DNA of 20,000 bases from an uncultured virus (IMG/VR IMGVR_UViG_3300037504_000331). Lineage: Duplodnaviria > Heunggongvirae > Uroviricota > Caudoviricetes. The stretch lies in the IMG/VR virus record IMGVR_UViG_3300037504_000331; one strand, given 5' to 3'. The position numbers and the translations under genes are program-made. The notes under the pieces were generated by a model, which was not told the origin of the DNA, ran no database searches, and was given only the letters and a program-made list of their open reading frames with translations. Below are positions 8,498-16,493 of the stretch, one piece after another (position 1 is the first letter of the stretch; each line of letters starts with the position of its first letter).

Positions 8498-9152
8498 TGT
8501 CGTCTCCCTTCTCCGGTGTGAACTCTTTCTGCGTGGCACGGTAGATGCGCGGCTCCGTGCCGATGCTCCGCTTGTCCCAGACATGCCATGCGAAGGCATG
8601 CCTTGGACCATGCTCAGGCTTGTCCCGGAACCACCAATCCCAGCGTGGGCGGGTGAGCAGCCGCAGCTCGAAGGCATAGTCCGGACGCTCGAAGATGTCC
8701 CGCCACGTCGAGGCGTTGCCGAACTCCTGGCGGACCAGGACGGCTGCCACTTCCGGATCGTACTCGTGCATCTTCCGGACGAACTGGATGTGGTTGTTCT
8801 TCAGGAACGGCGGGTTCGTGATGATCGCCCCGATCTCCATCAGATCGAGTCGCATCGGGACCTCGTTCAAGAAATCCACTGGTTCACGCCACGCGAAGTC
8901 GTCGGAGAGATCGTCGAGGTTGATGTCGGAGCAGAACACAGCGTCGTCGGTCTGCTCCTGTAGCACCCGGGCCATGTCTCCGCGGCCGGCAGCGGGTTCC
9001 CAGATCACGCCGTTGATCGCACTGAGCGGCGTGCCGTTCCGTTCCATCATCCCGACCAGAGCGCGGGTAAGCCACTCCTGGGTGTAGTAGGCATCGCCCT
9101 CGCGGCGAGCATACTGGGACTCGTAGAAGCTCTTGTCGTTGGACTTGCCCAC
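8490..9152 (-). CDS. Amino (N6-adenine/N4-cytosine) DNA methyltransferase, orphan phage type
   Basis: DAYYT, SAM motif I IWEPAAGRG, catalytic motif IV IITNPPF. Confidence 0.85.
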   Translation of the reverse strand: MGKSNDKSFYESQYARREGDAYYTQEWLTRALVGMMERNGTPLSAINGVIWEPAAGRGDMARVLQEQTDDAVFCSDINLDDLSDDFAWREPVDFLNEVPMRLDLMEIGAIITNPPFLKNNHIQFVRKMHEYDPEVAAVLVRQEFGNASTWRDIFERPDYAFELRLLTRPRWDWWFRDKPEHGPRHAFAWHVWDKRSIGTEPRIYRATQKEFTPEKGDDNG

Positions 9153-9182
9153 AGTCGTCTCCTGGTGTTCGGTCGGTCTCGG

Positions 9183-9212
9183 AACCTAGCCCGGTGCGGT
9201 CCCTCCTGTCAA
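9183..9212 (-). promoter_or_regulatory. Sigma70-like promoter TTGACA-18-TAGGTT for the MTase-GapR operon
   Basis: Minus strand TTGACA GGAGGGACCGCACCGGGC TAGGTT. Confidence 0.75.
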
Positions 9213-9213
9213 C

Positions 9214-9254
9214 GGCAGATGGGAAGTTACGACTCGGGCAGATCGAGGGTTACG
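9214..9254 (-). repeat. Two variant copies (one extra base) of the 17-bp element
   Basis: Plus strand GGCAGATGGGAAGTTACG (9214-9231) and GGCAGATCGAGGGTTACG (9237-9254). Confidence 0.65.
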
Positions 9255-9729
9255 TCGTCCAGACAGCGCGCTTGCCTAGGATGTTGTCGCGCTTTTCCCG
9301 CATGGCGTCGATGGCGAGGCCATGGCAGTGGTTGTTGGCCTGGAATCGCCCGGTCTGAGTGCCTGTGTGACCCTTGACGTGCCGCATGGAGAGCTTGGCG
9401 TTCTTGGTCTTAACCAGCTCATGCAGCTTCTCGACGCCGGCCTTCGAGCCCCGACGCCGGGCAGGCTGCTCGCCTTCGATCATCCGGATCGCCTCGGCAC
9501 AATCGCTCTGCACGAGCAGGATGTCGCCGGGCTGGGCGACGCCGCTACGGAAGGCCAGATGCACAGCGTTGACGATGGCATGCAACTCGGCATCGCCCGT
9601 CACCCTGTACGAGCCCTTCATAGCGGCGCCTTCCCAGGAGACTCCGCGGTCGGATCGGCAGTATGCACCCCAGCCGGCAGCGCGCGTCTTAGGGCATACA
9701 CTCGCGTCTGCGAAGATGGAGACGAGCAC
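9250..9729 (-). CDS. Ribonuclease HI-like protein
   Basis: IFADAS..GWG, AELHAI, VQSDC, HVKGH, terminal N..C..LA. Confidence 0.85.
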   Translation of the reverse strand: MLVSIFADASVCPKTRAAGWGAYCRSDRGVSWEGAAMKGSYRVTGDAELHAIVNAVHLAFRSGVAQPGDILLVQSDCAEAIRMIEGEQPARRRGSKAGVEKLHELVKTKNAKLSMRHVKGHTGTQTGRFQANNHCHGLAIDAMREKRDNILGKRAVWTT

Positions 9730-9732
9730 GGC

Positions 9733-9942
9733 TCATCCCCGCATTGCCATGGCGCCCGGGCCGTCGTCTGCCTGCCCCTGCTGCGGGTGAAAGCGATCCA
9801 TGACGATGTAGAACGCCGGTACAGTCCCGCTGTGGTGGAGTTGATTGAAGGTGTGCAGGCGCCAGCCGTCCTGCCCACGCTTATTCAGCCACCCGTTGAT
9901 GTCGTCGCTTTCTTCGAGCGTAACATGCAGGTACTCGAACAT
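9733..9942 (-). CDS. Small hypothetical protein (DUF4177-like pattern)
   Basis: FEYL..LNKRGQDGWRL pattern; GGGAGACG RBS. Confidence 0.65.
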   Translation of the reverse strand: MFEYLHVTLEESDDINGWLNKRGQDGWRLHTFNQLHHSGTVPAFYIVMDRFHPQQGQADDGPGAMAMRG

Positions 9943-10183
9943 CGCTCTGCGTCTCCCTTTCGATTCCGACGATCCGGTATCCGACGCCGTGCTTGGACTC
10001 GATCTGGTAGCCTTCGCGCCGGAGATTGTAGACGAGCACCTTCAGCGTACCGCCCATGGATGCCTTGTCCAGGTGCTTGTCGTTCCGCCATCCGGGCCAC
10101 AGCCGGTCATGAATCTCCCCATGGGAGTAGAAGTGACCCGGCCGTGACCGCAGGATGGATAGAAGGCGCTCTTGCTTATTCAC
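9881..10183 (-). CDS. Stand-alone OmpR/PhoB-type winged-helix DNA-binding domain
   Basis: QERLLSILRSRPGHFYSHGEIHDRLW..TLKVLVYNLRR..IESKHGVGYRI; no receiver domain; GTG start at 10183. Confidence 0.75.
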   Translation of the reverse strand: MNKQERLLSILRSRPGHFYSHGEIHDRLWPGWRNDKHLDKASMGGTLKVLVYNLRREGYQIESKHGVGYRIVGIERETQSDVRVPACYARRKRRHQRVAE

Positions 10184-10475
10184 CCCAACGATCCTCGTGA
10201 CTGCCCCAACGCTTGCGCGGCCGGTGCTCAGACGGATCGGGGGCAACATACTTGCCGCCCTCCTGGATCACGGCCCGCAGATCGCCTGTACGGTCACGGA
10301 TGTACGTGCGGCCGGAGCCGTCGATGTACGGCTCGCGCTCGGTGTAGCCGACGGTCTCGCCATCCTCGTTCACGATCCATTGGCGTTCGCCGGCCTCGGC
10401 CGTGGCGATCATGAGGGCGAGCGCCGCAACCATGCTCGCGAGAGCTGCGCCCACAGCGATCCCCGGCCACTTCAT
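10176..10475 (-). CDS. Predicted exported protein
   Basis: MKWPGIAVGAALASMVAALALMIATAEA signal peptide with AxA site; ATGA overlap with the upstream gene. Confidence 0.7.
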   Translation of the reverse strand: MKWPGIAVGAALASMVAALALMIATAEAGERQWIVNEDGETVGYTEREPYIDGSGRTYIRDRTGDLRAVIQEGGKYVAPDPSEHRPRKRWGSHEDRWGE

Positions 10476-10888
10476 GTCTCGGGCTCCCCAAGGCGCGCGG
10501 CCCACGGATCGTTTGCACGATGACCCTCCCACGCCTCGTTGAACGCCTCGTTGACGTGCTGCGGCCGGCTGTGGTCCGGGTGCATGCCGTTCTTGAAGAC
10601 CCAGCGCAGCGCCCGAGCGAACTTGTTCTTCTGGTGCTGAATCTGCATGGACACCCGAGTCCAAGCGTCGGCGTCCTTCTCGTGCTCGACCGCCTGCTTG
10701 CGCGCGTCGTCGAGGTCTTGGGCGAGCGCCAGGATCAGGTTGTCTCCTGGGTTCCCGGTGACGTGCATCCAGGGCTCGCCGTATCGAAGCGAGACGACTC
10801 CTCCGCTCTCGTGCTGGATGACGGTGTACTTGCCATCGGATGTCGAGACGCGCAGCAGCTCGCCTGTACTCTCCTTCTCGATCTGCAT
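10472..10888 (-). CDS. Hypothetical protein
   Basis: ORF in operon context, GGAG RBS. Confidence 0.7.
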   Translation of the reverse strand: MQIEKESTGELLRVSTSDGKYTVIQHESGGVVSLRYGEPWMHVTGNPGDNLILALAQDLDDARKQAVEHEKDADAWTRVSMQIQHQKNKFARALRWVFKNGMHPDHSRPQHVNEAFNEAWEGHRANDPWAARLGEPET

Positions 10889-10892
10889 GGGC

Positions 10893-11357
10893 TCAGCTCC
10901 GGTTGATCGTGTTGTTGAGGGTCAGGCGGATTGCCTGCAAGCACTTGATCTGCGTGCGCAGCTCTTCGTCCTGACCTTCCCAAGCGCCGATCTCCAAGGA
11001 GTCGGCGATCATGCTCAGCTCCTTCTCGACACCTTCCAGGGTGACGTAGTAGTCGGCCCCGGCGAGCTGTTCTTCGGTCGGATCGTCCAAACCGTCCTCG
11101 ATCAGATTCTTGTCCGGGTAGTCGTCCGTGACCCGCCGACTGGCGGCTGGGCTGTACTCGGGATGCGGCCCGTTGTCCTCGCCGGACCAGTCGCGCTCGA
11201 CATCCCGTGGGGTCGCGCCCTTCGTGGTCGTGACACCGCCCTCATCGGGCAGGTCGTCGGGCAGATCGTTAGTACGCGCCGCGGGCTTGCTCTGGGCCGG
11301 CTTCTGAGCCGGCTGGGAGCCGCCGGTCTCGTCCGGCAAGTCGTCCATGTCCACCAT
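10893..11357 (-). CDS. Acidic low-complexity hypothetical protein
   Basis: Start MVDMDDLPDE with AGGA RBS; repeated DLPD. Confidence 0.7.
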   Translation of the reverse strand: MVDMDDLPDETGGSQPAQKPAQSKPAARTNDLPDDLPDEGGVTTTKGATPRDVERDWSGEDNGPHPEYSPAASRRVTDDYPDKNLIEDGLDDPTEEQLAGADYYVTLEGVEKELSMIADSLEIGAWEGQDEELRTQIKCLQAIRLTLNNTINRS

Positions 11358-11359
11358 GG

Positions 11360-11881
11360 TTAGAGGTCCTTCTGTGGGGCGTTGTAGTCGTTCTTCCGGC
11401 GGGATACGTCGAGCGGTTGCTTGACGGGAGCCGGCCGGAACAACTCGGGCTGAAGGTCCTTGACCGAATTGTCGTCGCCGTACTCGTTCCGCAGGATCAT
11501 GAAGCGGCCGAACTGCGACGGCCGGCAGATGACCTCCACGCCTCGGCAGCCGTAGTGATCCTCGCACTTCTGCAAGGCCCGCAGCTCGTCGGCGCTCAGG
11601 CTGAAAGCCTCCTGGGCCGCGCGTATGAACGCGTTGCGCTTCATCCGGCGCTCGGGCAGCACGATCCGCACGCGGTCGCCGCTCATCCGCCCGGGCTTGG
11701 ACTCGGCCGGCGGAAGGCCCTCACGTTGAAGCGACTCGATCAGATCGTGAGCCTCCTCGGCGTAGTTGATGACAGCCTGGGAATCCAGGGATAGGCTTTG
11801 ACCTTCAAATTCACGAGCGTGATCCAAGAGAAACCTTAGCTTCCGCTTAGCGTCTCCTAAAACTCTGGTCGCATTCGTCAT
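11360..11881 (-). CDS. Hypothetical protein
   Basis: GGGAGACGAC RBS. Confidence 0.75.
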   Translation of the reverse strand: MTNATRVLGDAKRKLRFLLDHAREFEGQSLSLDSQAVINYAEEAHDLIESLQREGLPPAESKPGRMSGDRVRIVLPERRMKRNAFIRAAQEAFSLSADELRALQKCEDHYGCRGVEVICRPSQFGRFMILRNEYGDDNSVKDLQPELFRPAPVKQPLDVSRRKNDYNAPQKDL

Positions 11882-11893
11882 CTGTCGTCTCCC

Positions 11894-12094
11894 TTAGAAG
11901 GTGTACTTGTCGAGCAGCTCGTCCAGCTCGACCTCGAAAGCATGGCGGTCGCTCGCGGACACGATCACGCGCCCGTGGATTCCGACCTTGGCCGTCGTCT
12001 CCTCGCCGGCCTCGTCCAGGTACACAGTGCTGTACCAGTCGACGCCGGAGCTGAGCTTGCGATGCTCAGTGAAGCTCTTCTGATCCTTCGCCAC
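11894..12094 (-). CDS. Small hypothetical protein
   Basis: AGGAGG RBS before GTG. Confidence 0.7.
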   Translation of the reverse strand: MAKDQKSFTEHRKLSSGVDWYSTVYLDEAGEETTAKVGIHGRVIVSASDRHAFEVELDELLDKYTF

Positions 12095-12103
12095 GGGCGC
12101 CTC

Positions 12104-12310
12104 CTAGAACAGGATCACGTTGTCCTGGGTTTCCTCGATACGTTCTGCCTCGGCTTTGAGACGGTCGGCCTGTGCGCCGAGGCGGACTCGCTGCGGCTCA
12201 GGCGCGTCCCAGGCTTCATCCTCTATAGACCGGGCCTGGGCGCGGAGCATGGCCGCGTACTCTGCGCTGTCTTTGCGCAGATGTGAGTCGTCTTGTGGTG
12301 GTTGCACCAT
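12104..12310 (-). CDS. Small hypothetical protein
   Basis: GGGAGACGACC RBS. Confidence 0.7.
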   Translation of the reverse strand: MVQPPQDDSHLRKDSAEYAAMLRAQARSIEDEAWDAPEPQRVRLGAQADRLKAEAERIEETQDNVILF

Positions 12311-12322
12311 GGTCGTCTCCCA

Positions 12323-12357
12323 GACGGATCATCAGTACGCGTGGGCCCTCCTGTCAA
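12323..12357 (-). promoter_or_regulatory. TTGACAGGAGGGCCCAC promoter block followed directly by a degenerate 17-bp element over the -10 position
   Basis: Minus strand TTGACAGGAGGGCCCAC GCGTACTGATGATCCGTC TGGGAGACGACC ATG. Confidence 0.65.
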
Positions 12358-12815
12358 GAGCCTATGCTTTTCCAGTTAACGCCGCCGTCGAGCTGTCGCG
12401 TCACCGCATCCCAATCCGCCCGGCGGATCGCCTCCATGGCAACCTGATCGCGGAGCTTGCGCATCTTGGTGTCGCGCATTGCAGCTAGCATGTACGCCTT
12501 GGCGGCTGCGGCGTTGTTCGCGTCGGCGCCAAGCTCGTTCGCGATGCGCTCGCGCAAGGTTTCGTCCTGGGCCAGGGTCGCCACGATCACGGCCGTGGCA
12601 GCGTCGCCGTTGCCGGTGTCGATCACGGGCTTGTGCGGCAAGCGATCCTTCCGCGTCACGAACGCGAGCGTAAAGCAGATCGCCGGTACAAACGCGGCCC
12701 AGACGAGCCAGCCGACCCAGTCCTGGGGCCAGCCGTAGTCATAGAGCGATCCGGACAGGATCAGGACCACGTAAGCGCCGAACATCGGCAGCACCACATC
12801 GAGAATCTTGTTCAT
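12354..12815 (-). CDS. Membrane protein with two N-terminal TM helices
   Basis: ILDVVLPMFGAYVVLILSG and WVGWLVWAAFVPAICFTLAFV; GGAGG RBS before ATG 12815. Confidence 0.75.
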   Translation of the reverse strand: MNKILDVVLPMFGAYVVLILSGSLYDYGWPQDWVGWLVWAAFVPAICFTLAFVTRKDRLPHKPVIDTGNGDAATAVIVATLAQDETLRERIANELGADANNAAAAKAYMLAAMRDTKMRKLRDQVAMEAIRRADWDAVTRQLDGGVNWKSIGS

Positions 12816-12816
12816 C

Positions 12817-13878
12817 TCAGCGCCCCTCCATATCGGGCCATGCACAGTGAAGGCGTTCGACATCGCCGGCTTTGAACCAGAGCGCGTCGCCCGCCCCTAG
12901 CAGGTTCTCAGCGCCTCGACGGTCCAGGATGACGCGACTGTCGGTTCCAGAAGTGACGCGGAAGCACAGGCGCGTCGGCAAGTTGGCCTTGACCACCCCC
13001 GTGACCACGTCGACGCTCGGCCGCTGGGTTGCTAGCACGAGATGGACGCCGGCCGCGCGGGCAACCGCCGTGATCCGGCGAACCGCATCCTCGACCTGCT
13101 TGCCAGCCATAGTCATCAAGTCCGCGTATTCGTCCACGACGCAGACGATACGCGGGAGCTGGGCGCTACCCTGACCCTTCCGATGCAGGATCGCATTGTG
13201 CTCTTCCAGGGTCCGTGCGCCCGTCTTCTCCATGGCCTTGTATCGGTTCTGCATCTCCTTCACGAGCATGCGCATAGCCATGACGGACTCATTCGTGTCC
13301 GTGACGGGCGACGTGAGAAGGTGCGGCAAGCTCGCGAACTCCGCCATCTCCAAGCGCTTCGGGTCGATCAAGACCATGCGCAACTCCGTGGCGTCCAGGT
13401 TGTGGGTGAGCGAGCGAATCAGCGTGCGCAGGAACACGCTCTTGCCGGAGCCGGTAGAGCCGGCGACCAGAAGGTGAGGCGCCTCTGACAGATCGCCCAC
13501 AACGGGACGGCCGCAGACGCCCTTGCCCATAACGAACGGCAAGCGCATGTTCATCGCCTCGGCGACCGTCGCCTGCAACACGTCGCTCATGAGCACGCCC
13601 TGACGTTGATCCGGCCGCCGCGTGACCTCGAACGTGACAACGCCATCCTCGGGCCGGCTCACCGCCCGGCAGTCCTGTGCCCGCAACTGCATTGCGACCT
13701 CGTCCGCCAAGCCTCGGACCCTATTCACCTTGACACCCTCTTTCGGAGCCACGTCGAACAGGGTCAGGCAAGGGCCTTCCCGGATGTCCTCGACGGTCGC
13801 CGAGGCCCGGTGCTGCTCGAACATCATCTCAAGCTCGGCCGCCCGGCGGTCCATGTCTGTGATCTCGGGAATGCTCAA
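12817..13878 (-). CDS. FtsK/SpoIIIE-family ATPase, alpha-beta motor only
   Basis: APHLLVAGSTGSGKS, LIDPKRLE, VCVVDEYADLM, ARAAGVHLVLATQRPSVDVVTG, GAENLLGAGD; AGGAGG RBS before TTG. Confidence 0.92.
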   Translation of the reverse strand: MSIPEITDMDRRAAELEMMFEQHRASATVEDIREGPCLTLFDVAPKEGVKVNRVRGLADEVAMQLRAQDCRAVSRPEDGVVTFEVTRRPDQRQGVLMSDVLQATVAEAMNMRLPFVMGKGVCGRPVVGDLSEAPHLLVAGSTGSGKSVFLRTLIRSLTHNLDATELRMVLIDPKRLEMAEFASLPHLLTSPVTDTNESVMAMRMLVKEMQNRYKAMEKTGARTLEEHNAILHRKGQGSAQLPRIVCVVDEYADLMTMAGKQVEDAVRRITAVARAAGVHLVLATQRPSVDVVTGVVKANLPTRLCFRVTSGTDSRVILDRRGAENLLGAGDALWFKAGDVERLHCAWPDMEGR

Positions 13879-13893
13879 TGCCTGTTCCTCCTG

Positions 13894-13929
13894 GGCAGAT
13901 GGGCAGTACGTCGGCGGATCGCCTGTACG
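13894..13929 (-). repeat. Tandem pair of the 17-bp element
   Basis: Plus strand GGCAGATGGGCAGTACG tc GGCGGATCGCCTGTACG. Confidence 0.9.
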
Positions 13930-14781
13930 CTACTCGCGGTCGCTCAGCGGCACGCCCAGGTCGATCAACGCCTGCTGGGCAGCCTGGAATCGGTCGAGCT
14001 TCGCGCGGAACGTGAGCGCATTCTTCCGCGCCTGATCGCGGCTGCTGCCGCTGCGTCGGCCGTCGTCCGCGTCCACCTTCGCAGCGCCCTCGAATACGCT
14101 CAGCTCGTCGGCCCGCGTCTTCGCGAGCGGGTAGAGCTTGGCGAGCGCGGTCCAGGCGCGGTGCTGCTTGGCGTACAGGTCGAGTAGATGGTTCCGGAGC
14201 GCGGCCGGATCATTCAACGCGTGCCGGGGGACTCCGTACATGACCAGCACGTCGGCCTCGTCATCCTCGCCGATGTTGAAAGTCTGCTCGACCGTGACAG
14301 CGTCGCTGGCGCCGTCTTCCGCCTGCTCATCAAAGATGCGATCAAGCGCCTCCACGGCCGCGTCCTGGATCGCCGTAAAGTCCTGGTAAGGGCCGGCAAG
14401 GTGCTGGTGGCCTTGGCCTTGCGCGTCCAGGTGCGACGCCAGCTTGAGCTTGTCGATCCGCCACAGATGCCAGCCTTCATCCCACTCGATCACCAGAGTC
14501 AGGTCGTCCGTCACGTCGGCATAGAAGCGCGGCGCCGACGGGTCCGGTTTGAACAAGTCATCGTAACTGCGGCCCGGCTTGCCCGGGTTATAGCTCGGGT
14601 TGTCGTCCTCCGAAATGACCGGGTCCGAGTCCGGATCGAACAGCTCTTCGGCGGCCTTCTGCACGTCCTCGGGAACGCCGGCCGTGCCGTCCTCGTACAG
14701 GTTGAGCGCGGTGCCGTCGGCCTGGACCTGCACGCCGACCTCGTCGGCCATGCCCGGCACTAGAACAGAATGGATTCGCAT
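13930..14781 (-). CDS. Acidic hypothetical protein
   Basis: 283-aa ORF with AGGAGG RBS, flanked by element pairs. Confidence 0.8.
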   Translation of the reverse strand: MRIHSVLVPGMADEVGVQVQADGTALNLYEDGTAGVPEDVQKAAEELFDPDSDPVISEDDNPSYNPGKPGRSYDDLFKPDPSAPRFYADVTDDLTLVIEWDEGWHLWRIDKLKLASHLDAQGQGHQHLAGPYQDFTAIQDAAVEALDRIFDEQAEDGASDAVTVEQTFNIGEDDEADVLVMYGVPRHALNDPAALRNHLLDLYAKQHRAWTALAKLYPLAKTRADELSVFEGAAKVDADDGRRSGSSRDQARKNALTFRAKLDRFQAAQQALIDLGVPLSDRE

Positions 14782-14797
14782 GATGGGTGCCCTCCTG

Positions 14798-14833
14798 GGC
14801 GGATGGGGTGTACGTGGGCGGATGGGCAGTACG
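14798..14833 (-). repeat. Tandem pair of the 17-bp element
   Basis: Plus strand GGCGGATGGGGTGTACG tg GGCGGATGGGCAGTACG. Confidence 0.9.
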
Positions 14834-14841
14834 CCGGCCGG

Positions 14842-15423
14842 CTACATCTCGGGCGCGGGCTCGCCGCGATCCTTCGACTCGTCGAGGTTGACCGCGTCCG
14901 TCGCCTTGACGCCGGTCGAGTCCATCTCGCGCCATGCGTCGTTCCGGATCATGGCGGCCATTGGTTTGGCCTGGGCCATGGCCGACTCCTCGTTGGGCGC
15001 GTCCACGTCGACAGTCCGGCGCAGCGTCACCGTACGCTCGACCAGAACGCGGTAGCGGCTTTCGCCGGCATTGCGGCGAGCCTCGCGCGCCTCGACATCC
15101 TCGTTATGGACCTCGGCCCAGACCTCGAACGCGCGGTCGCGCAAGCGATCATAGATCGCCCGGGACAGCACGCCGTAGACGTTGTCGGTGCCGCTCGCGG
15201 CCTCCTGGAAGTCATCGGGGAAGCCTACTGTTAGATCGTCGAGCGCGCATTCCAGCAGGCTCGCGTTCATGATCGGCACGTGGCCGTCCACCAGCTCGTG
15301 AAGCCAGTCCTGGACCTCGCTCGCGTCCTGGTCGAGGTGGAGGTATTCGTGCGCCTGCTCCTGGACCTCGTCTCGCACGCGGTTTTCCAGGTCGCGCATG
15401 GTAGTCTTCTGCTCGTCTCGCAT
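14842..15423 (-). CDS. Ocr (T7 gp0.3)-like DNA-mimic anti-restriction domain fused to a C-terminal DpnD/PcfM-like domain
   Basis: DWLHELVDGHVPIMNASLL and TDNVYGVLSRAIYDRL resemble T7 Ocr DAIHMAADNAVPHYYADIF and TKDVIRILQARIYEQL (recalled from memory); D/E-rich. Confidence 0.65.
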   Translation of the reverse strand: MRDEQKTTMRDLENRVRDEVQEQAHEYLHLDQDASEVQDWLHELVDGHVPIMNASLLECALDDLTVGFPDDFQEAASGTDNVYGVLSRAIYDRLRDRAFEVWAEVHNEDVEAREARRNAGESRYRVLVERTVTLRRTVDVDAPNEESAMAQAKPMAAMIRNDAWREMDSTGVKATDAVNLDESKDRGEPAPEM

Positions 15424-15440
15424 GTCTGTCGTCTCCCGTT

Positions 15441-15478
15441 GGCGGATGATGTGTACGCGTCGGCAGCTTGCCTGTACG
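15441..15478 (-). repeat. Tandem pair of the 17-bp element
   Basis: Plus strand GGCGGATGATGTGTACG cgtc GGCAGCTTGCCTGTACG. Confidence 0.85.
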
Positions 15479-15482
15479 CGGG

Positions 15483-15497
15483 TTAAGAGAGGGTTAA
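15483..15497. promoter_or_regulatory. CtrA box TTAA-N7-TTAA
   Basis: TTAA GAGAGGG TTAA. Confidence 0.8.
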
Positions 15498-15682
15498 GCC
15501 TGGACCGATTCGAGGCACATCCCGAGCGTCGACTCGGCGTTGTCGATCATCTCGCGATAGGTCGCGAACGGACCTTCCCAGTCGGGGAAAATGACGTAGG
15601 GATTGGTCCACCAGTACCCTCGGGAGTCCAGCACGGCGCGAACGCTACCGTTGCGAAACTCCACGTTGCCCAGCTCGATCAC
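15494..15682 (-). CDS. Small hypothetical protein
   Basis: GTGA overlap with the upstream gene; stop lies in the CtrA box. Confidence 0.65.
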   Translation of the reverse strand: MIELGNVEFRNGSVRAVLDSRGYWWTNPYVIFPDWEGPFATYREMIDNAESTLGMCLESVQA

Positions 15683-16095
15683 AGGACTTGCAACGTCCCG
15701 TCGTCCGCCACGATCACGTCACACTGGGCGAACGTGCGCGCGGCCTTGTCCAGCGTCGTGCCGTGGGGATCGGGCCAGTCACCGTCCCAGAAGCCGGCGC
15801 CGTGGCCGTTGCGGGTGAGCCAGAAATCGTGTCCAGCCATCTCGAAAGGGCCGCTACCTTGCGGGCCGCGATTGTCGCCGTCGCGGATCGCCTGCACGAC
15901 TCCCTCAATCGCGAGGAACCGTACGCAGTCCGCCTTGATGCGCTCGGCCGACCGCGCGTCCAGGTCTTCCCGATCATAGTTGGCGTCGAGCGGGGAACCG
16001 CCGGTCTCGTCGGCGTTGTCCATCTCCGCCCAGAGCATCGCCGCGATGTAGGCAGCGATAAACGATTCGGTCTCAAGCATGGTCGCTTGCGTCAT
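15679..16095 (-). CDS. Conserved phage early protein of unknown function (GHDFWLTRNGHGAGFWD motif)
   Basis: ACGGGAGACG RBS before ATG 16095; motif recalled from phage hypothetical proteins. Confidence 0.75.
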   Translation of the reverse strand: MTQATMLETESFIAAYIAAMLWAEMDNADETGGSPLDANYDREDLDARSAERIKADCVRFLAIEGVVQAIRDGDNRGPQGSGPFEMAGHDFWLTRNGHGAGFWDGDWPDPHGTTLDKAARTFAQCDVIVADDGTLQVL

Positions 16096-16109
16096 GTTGG
16101 CGTCTCCCG

Positions 16110-16493
16110 TTACCAGCCGAGATTCAGGTTGCGCAGGATGTGTGCGCGGTTGTTCGCGGGCAGGATGTGATAGCTCGCCTTGAGGATCGCCGGCACGTTG
16201 AGGCGGTACAGGGCGGGGCCATCCGGCCCATAGTCGCGGACCAGGGTCACGGCGCCGCGCTTGGCGAGACGTTGCATGGCCCGCTCGGTCTCCTCGGCCG
16301 TGCCCCACGTCCAGCCATGATCGCGGGACCATTCGCCGCCCTGCTCCGCCATGTGGTCGAGCAGGGCGAGCATGTTGGGGCCGATCCGCCGGCCGCTTGT
16401 AAGCGCCTGCTCGGTCTCGTTTACCGCGTGGTCCTGCATCCGGCCGTTGATCCGGCCGTACTTGCCGGGGATGGGTTCGGCTCGCTTGGGCAT
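16110..16493 (-). CDS. Hypothetical protein, possible winged helix
   Basis: ACGGGAGACGAC RBS; LALLDHMAE..ETERAMQRLAKRGAV pattern. Confidence 0.7.
   Translation of the reverse strand: MPKRAEPIPGKYGRINGRMQDHAVNETEQALTSGRRIGPNMLALLDHMAEQGGEWSRDHGWTWGTAEETERAMQRLAKRGAVTLVRDYGPDGPALYRLNVPAILKASYHILPANNRAHILRNLNLGW

Noticed and set aside
8498..8677. Longer 216-aa start for the GapR gene
   Set aside because: It overlaps the methyltransferase by about 190 bp; a GGGAGACGAC RBS supports ATG 8497.
8490..9152. Complete restriction-modification system
   Set aside because: No cognate endonuclease is recognisable nearby; orphan methyltransferases are usual in phages and the target cannot be inferred.
12484..12498. 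GCTAGCATGTACGCC, also at about 18513-18527, as further element copies
   Set aside because: Only the GTACG half matches, the GGCRGAT half is absent, and both lie within coding sequence.
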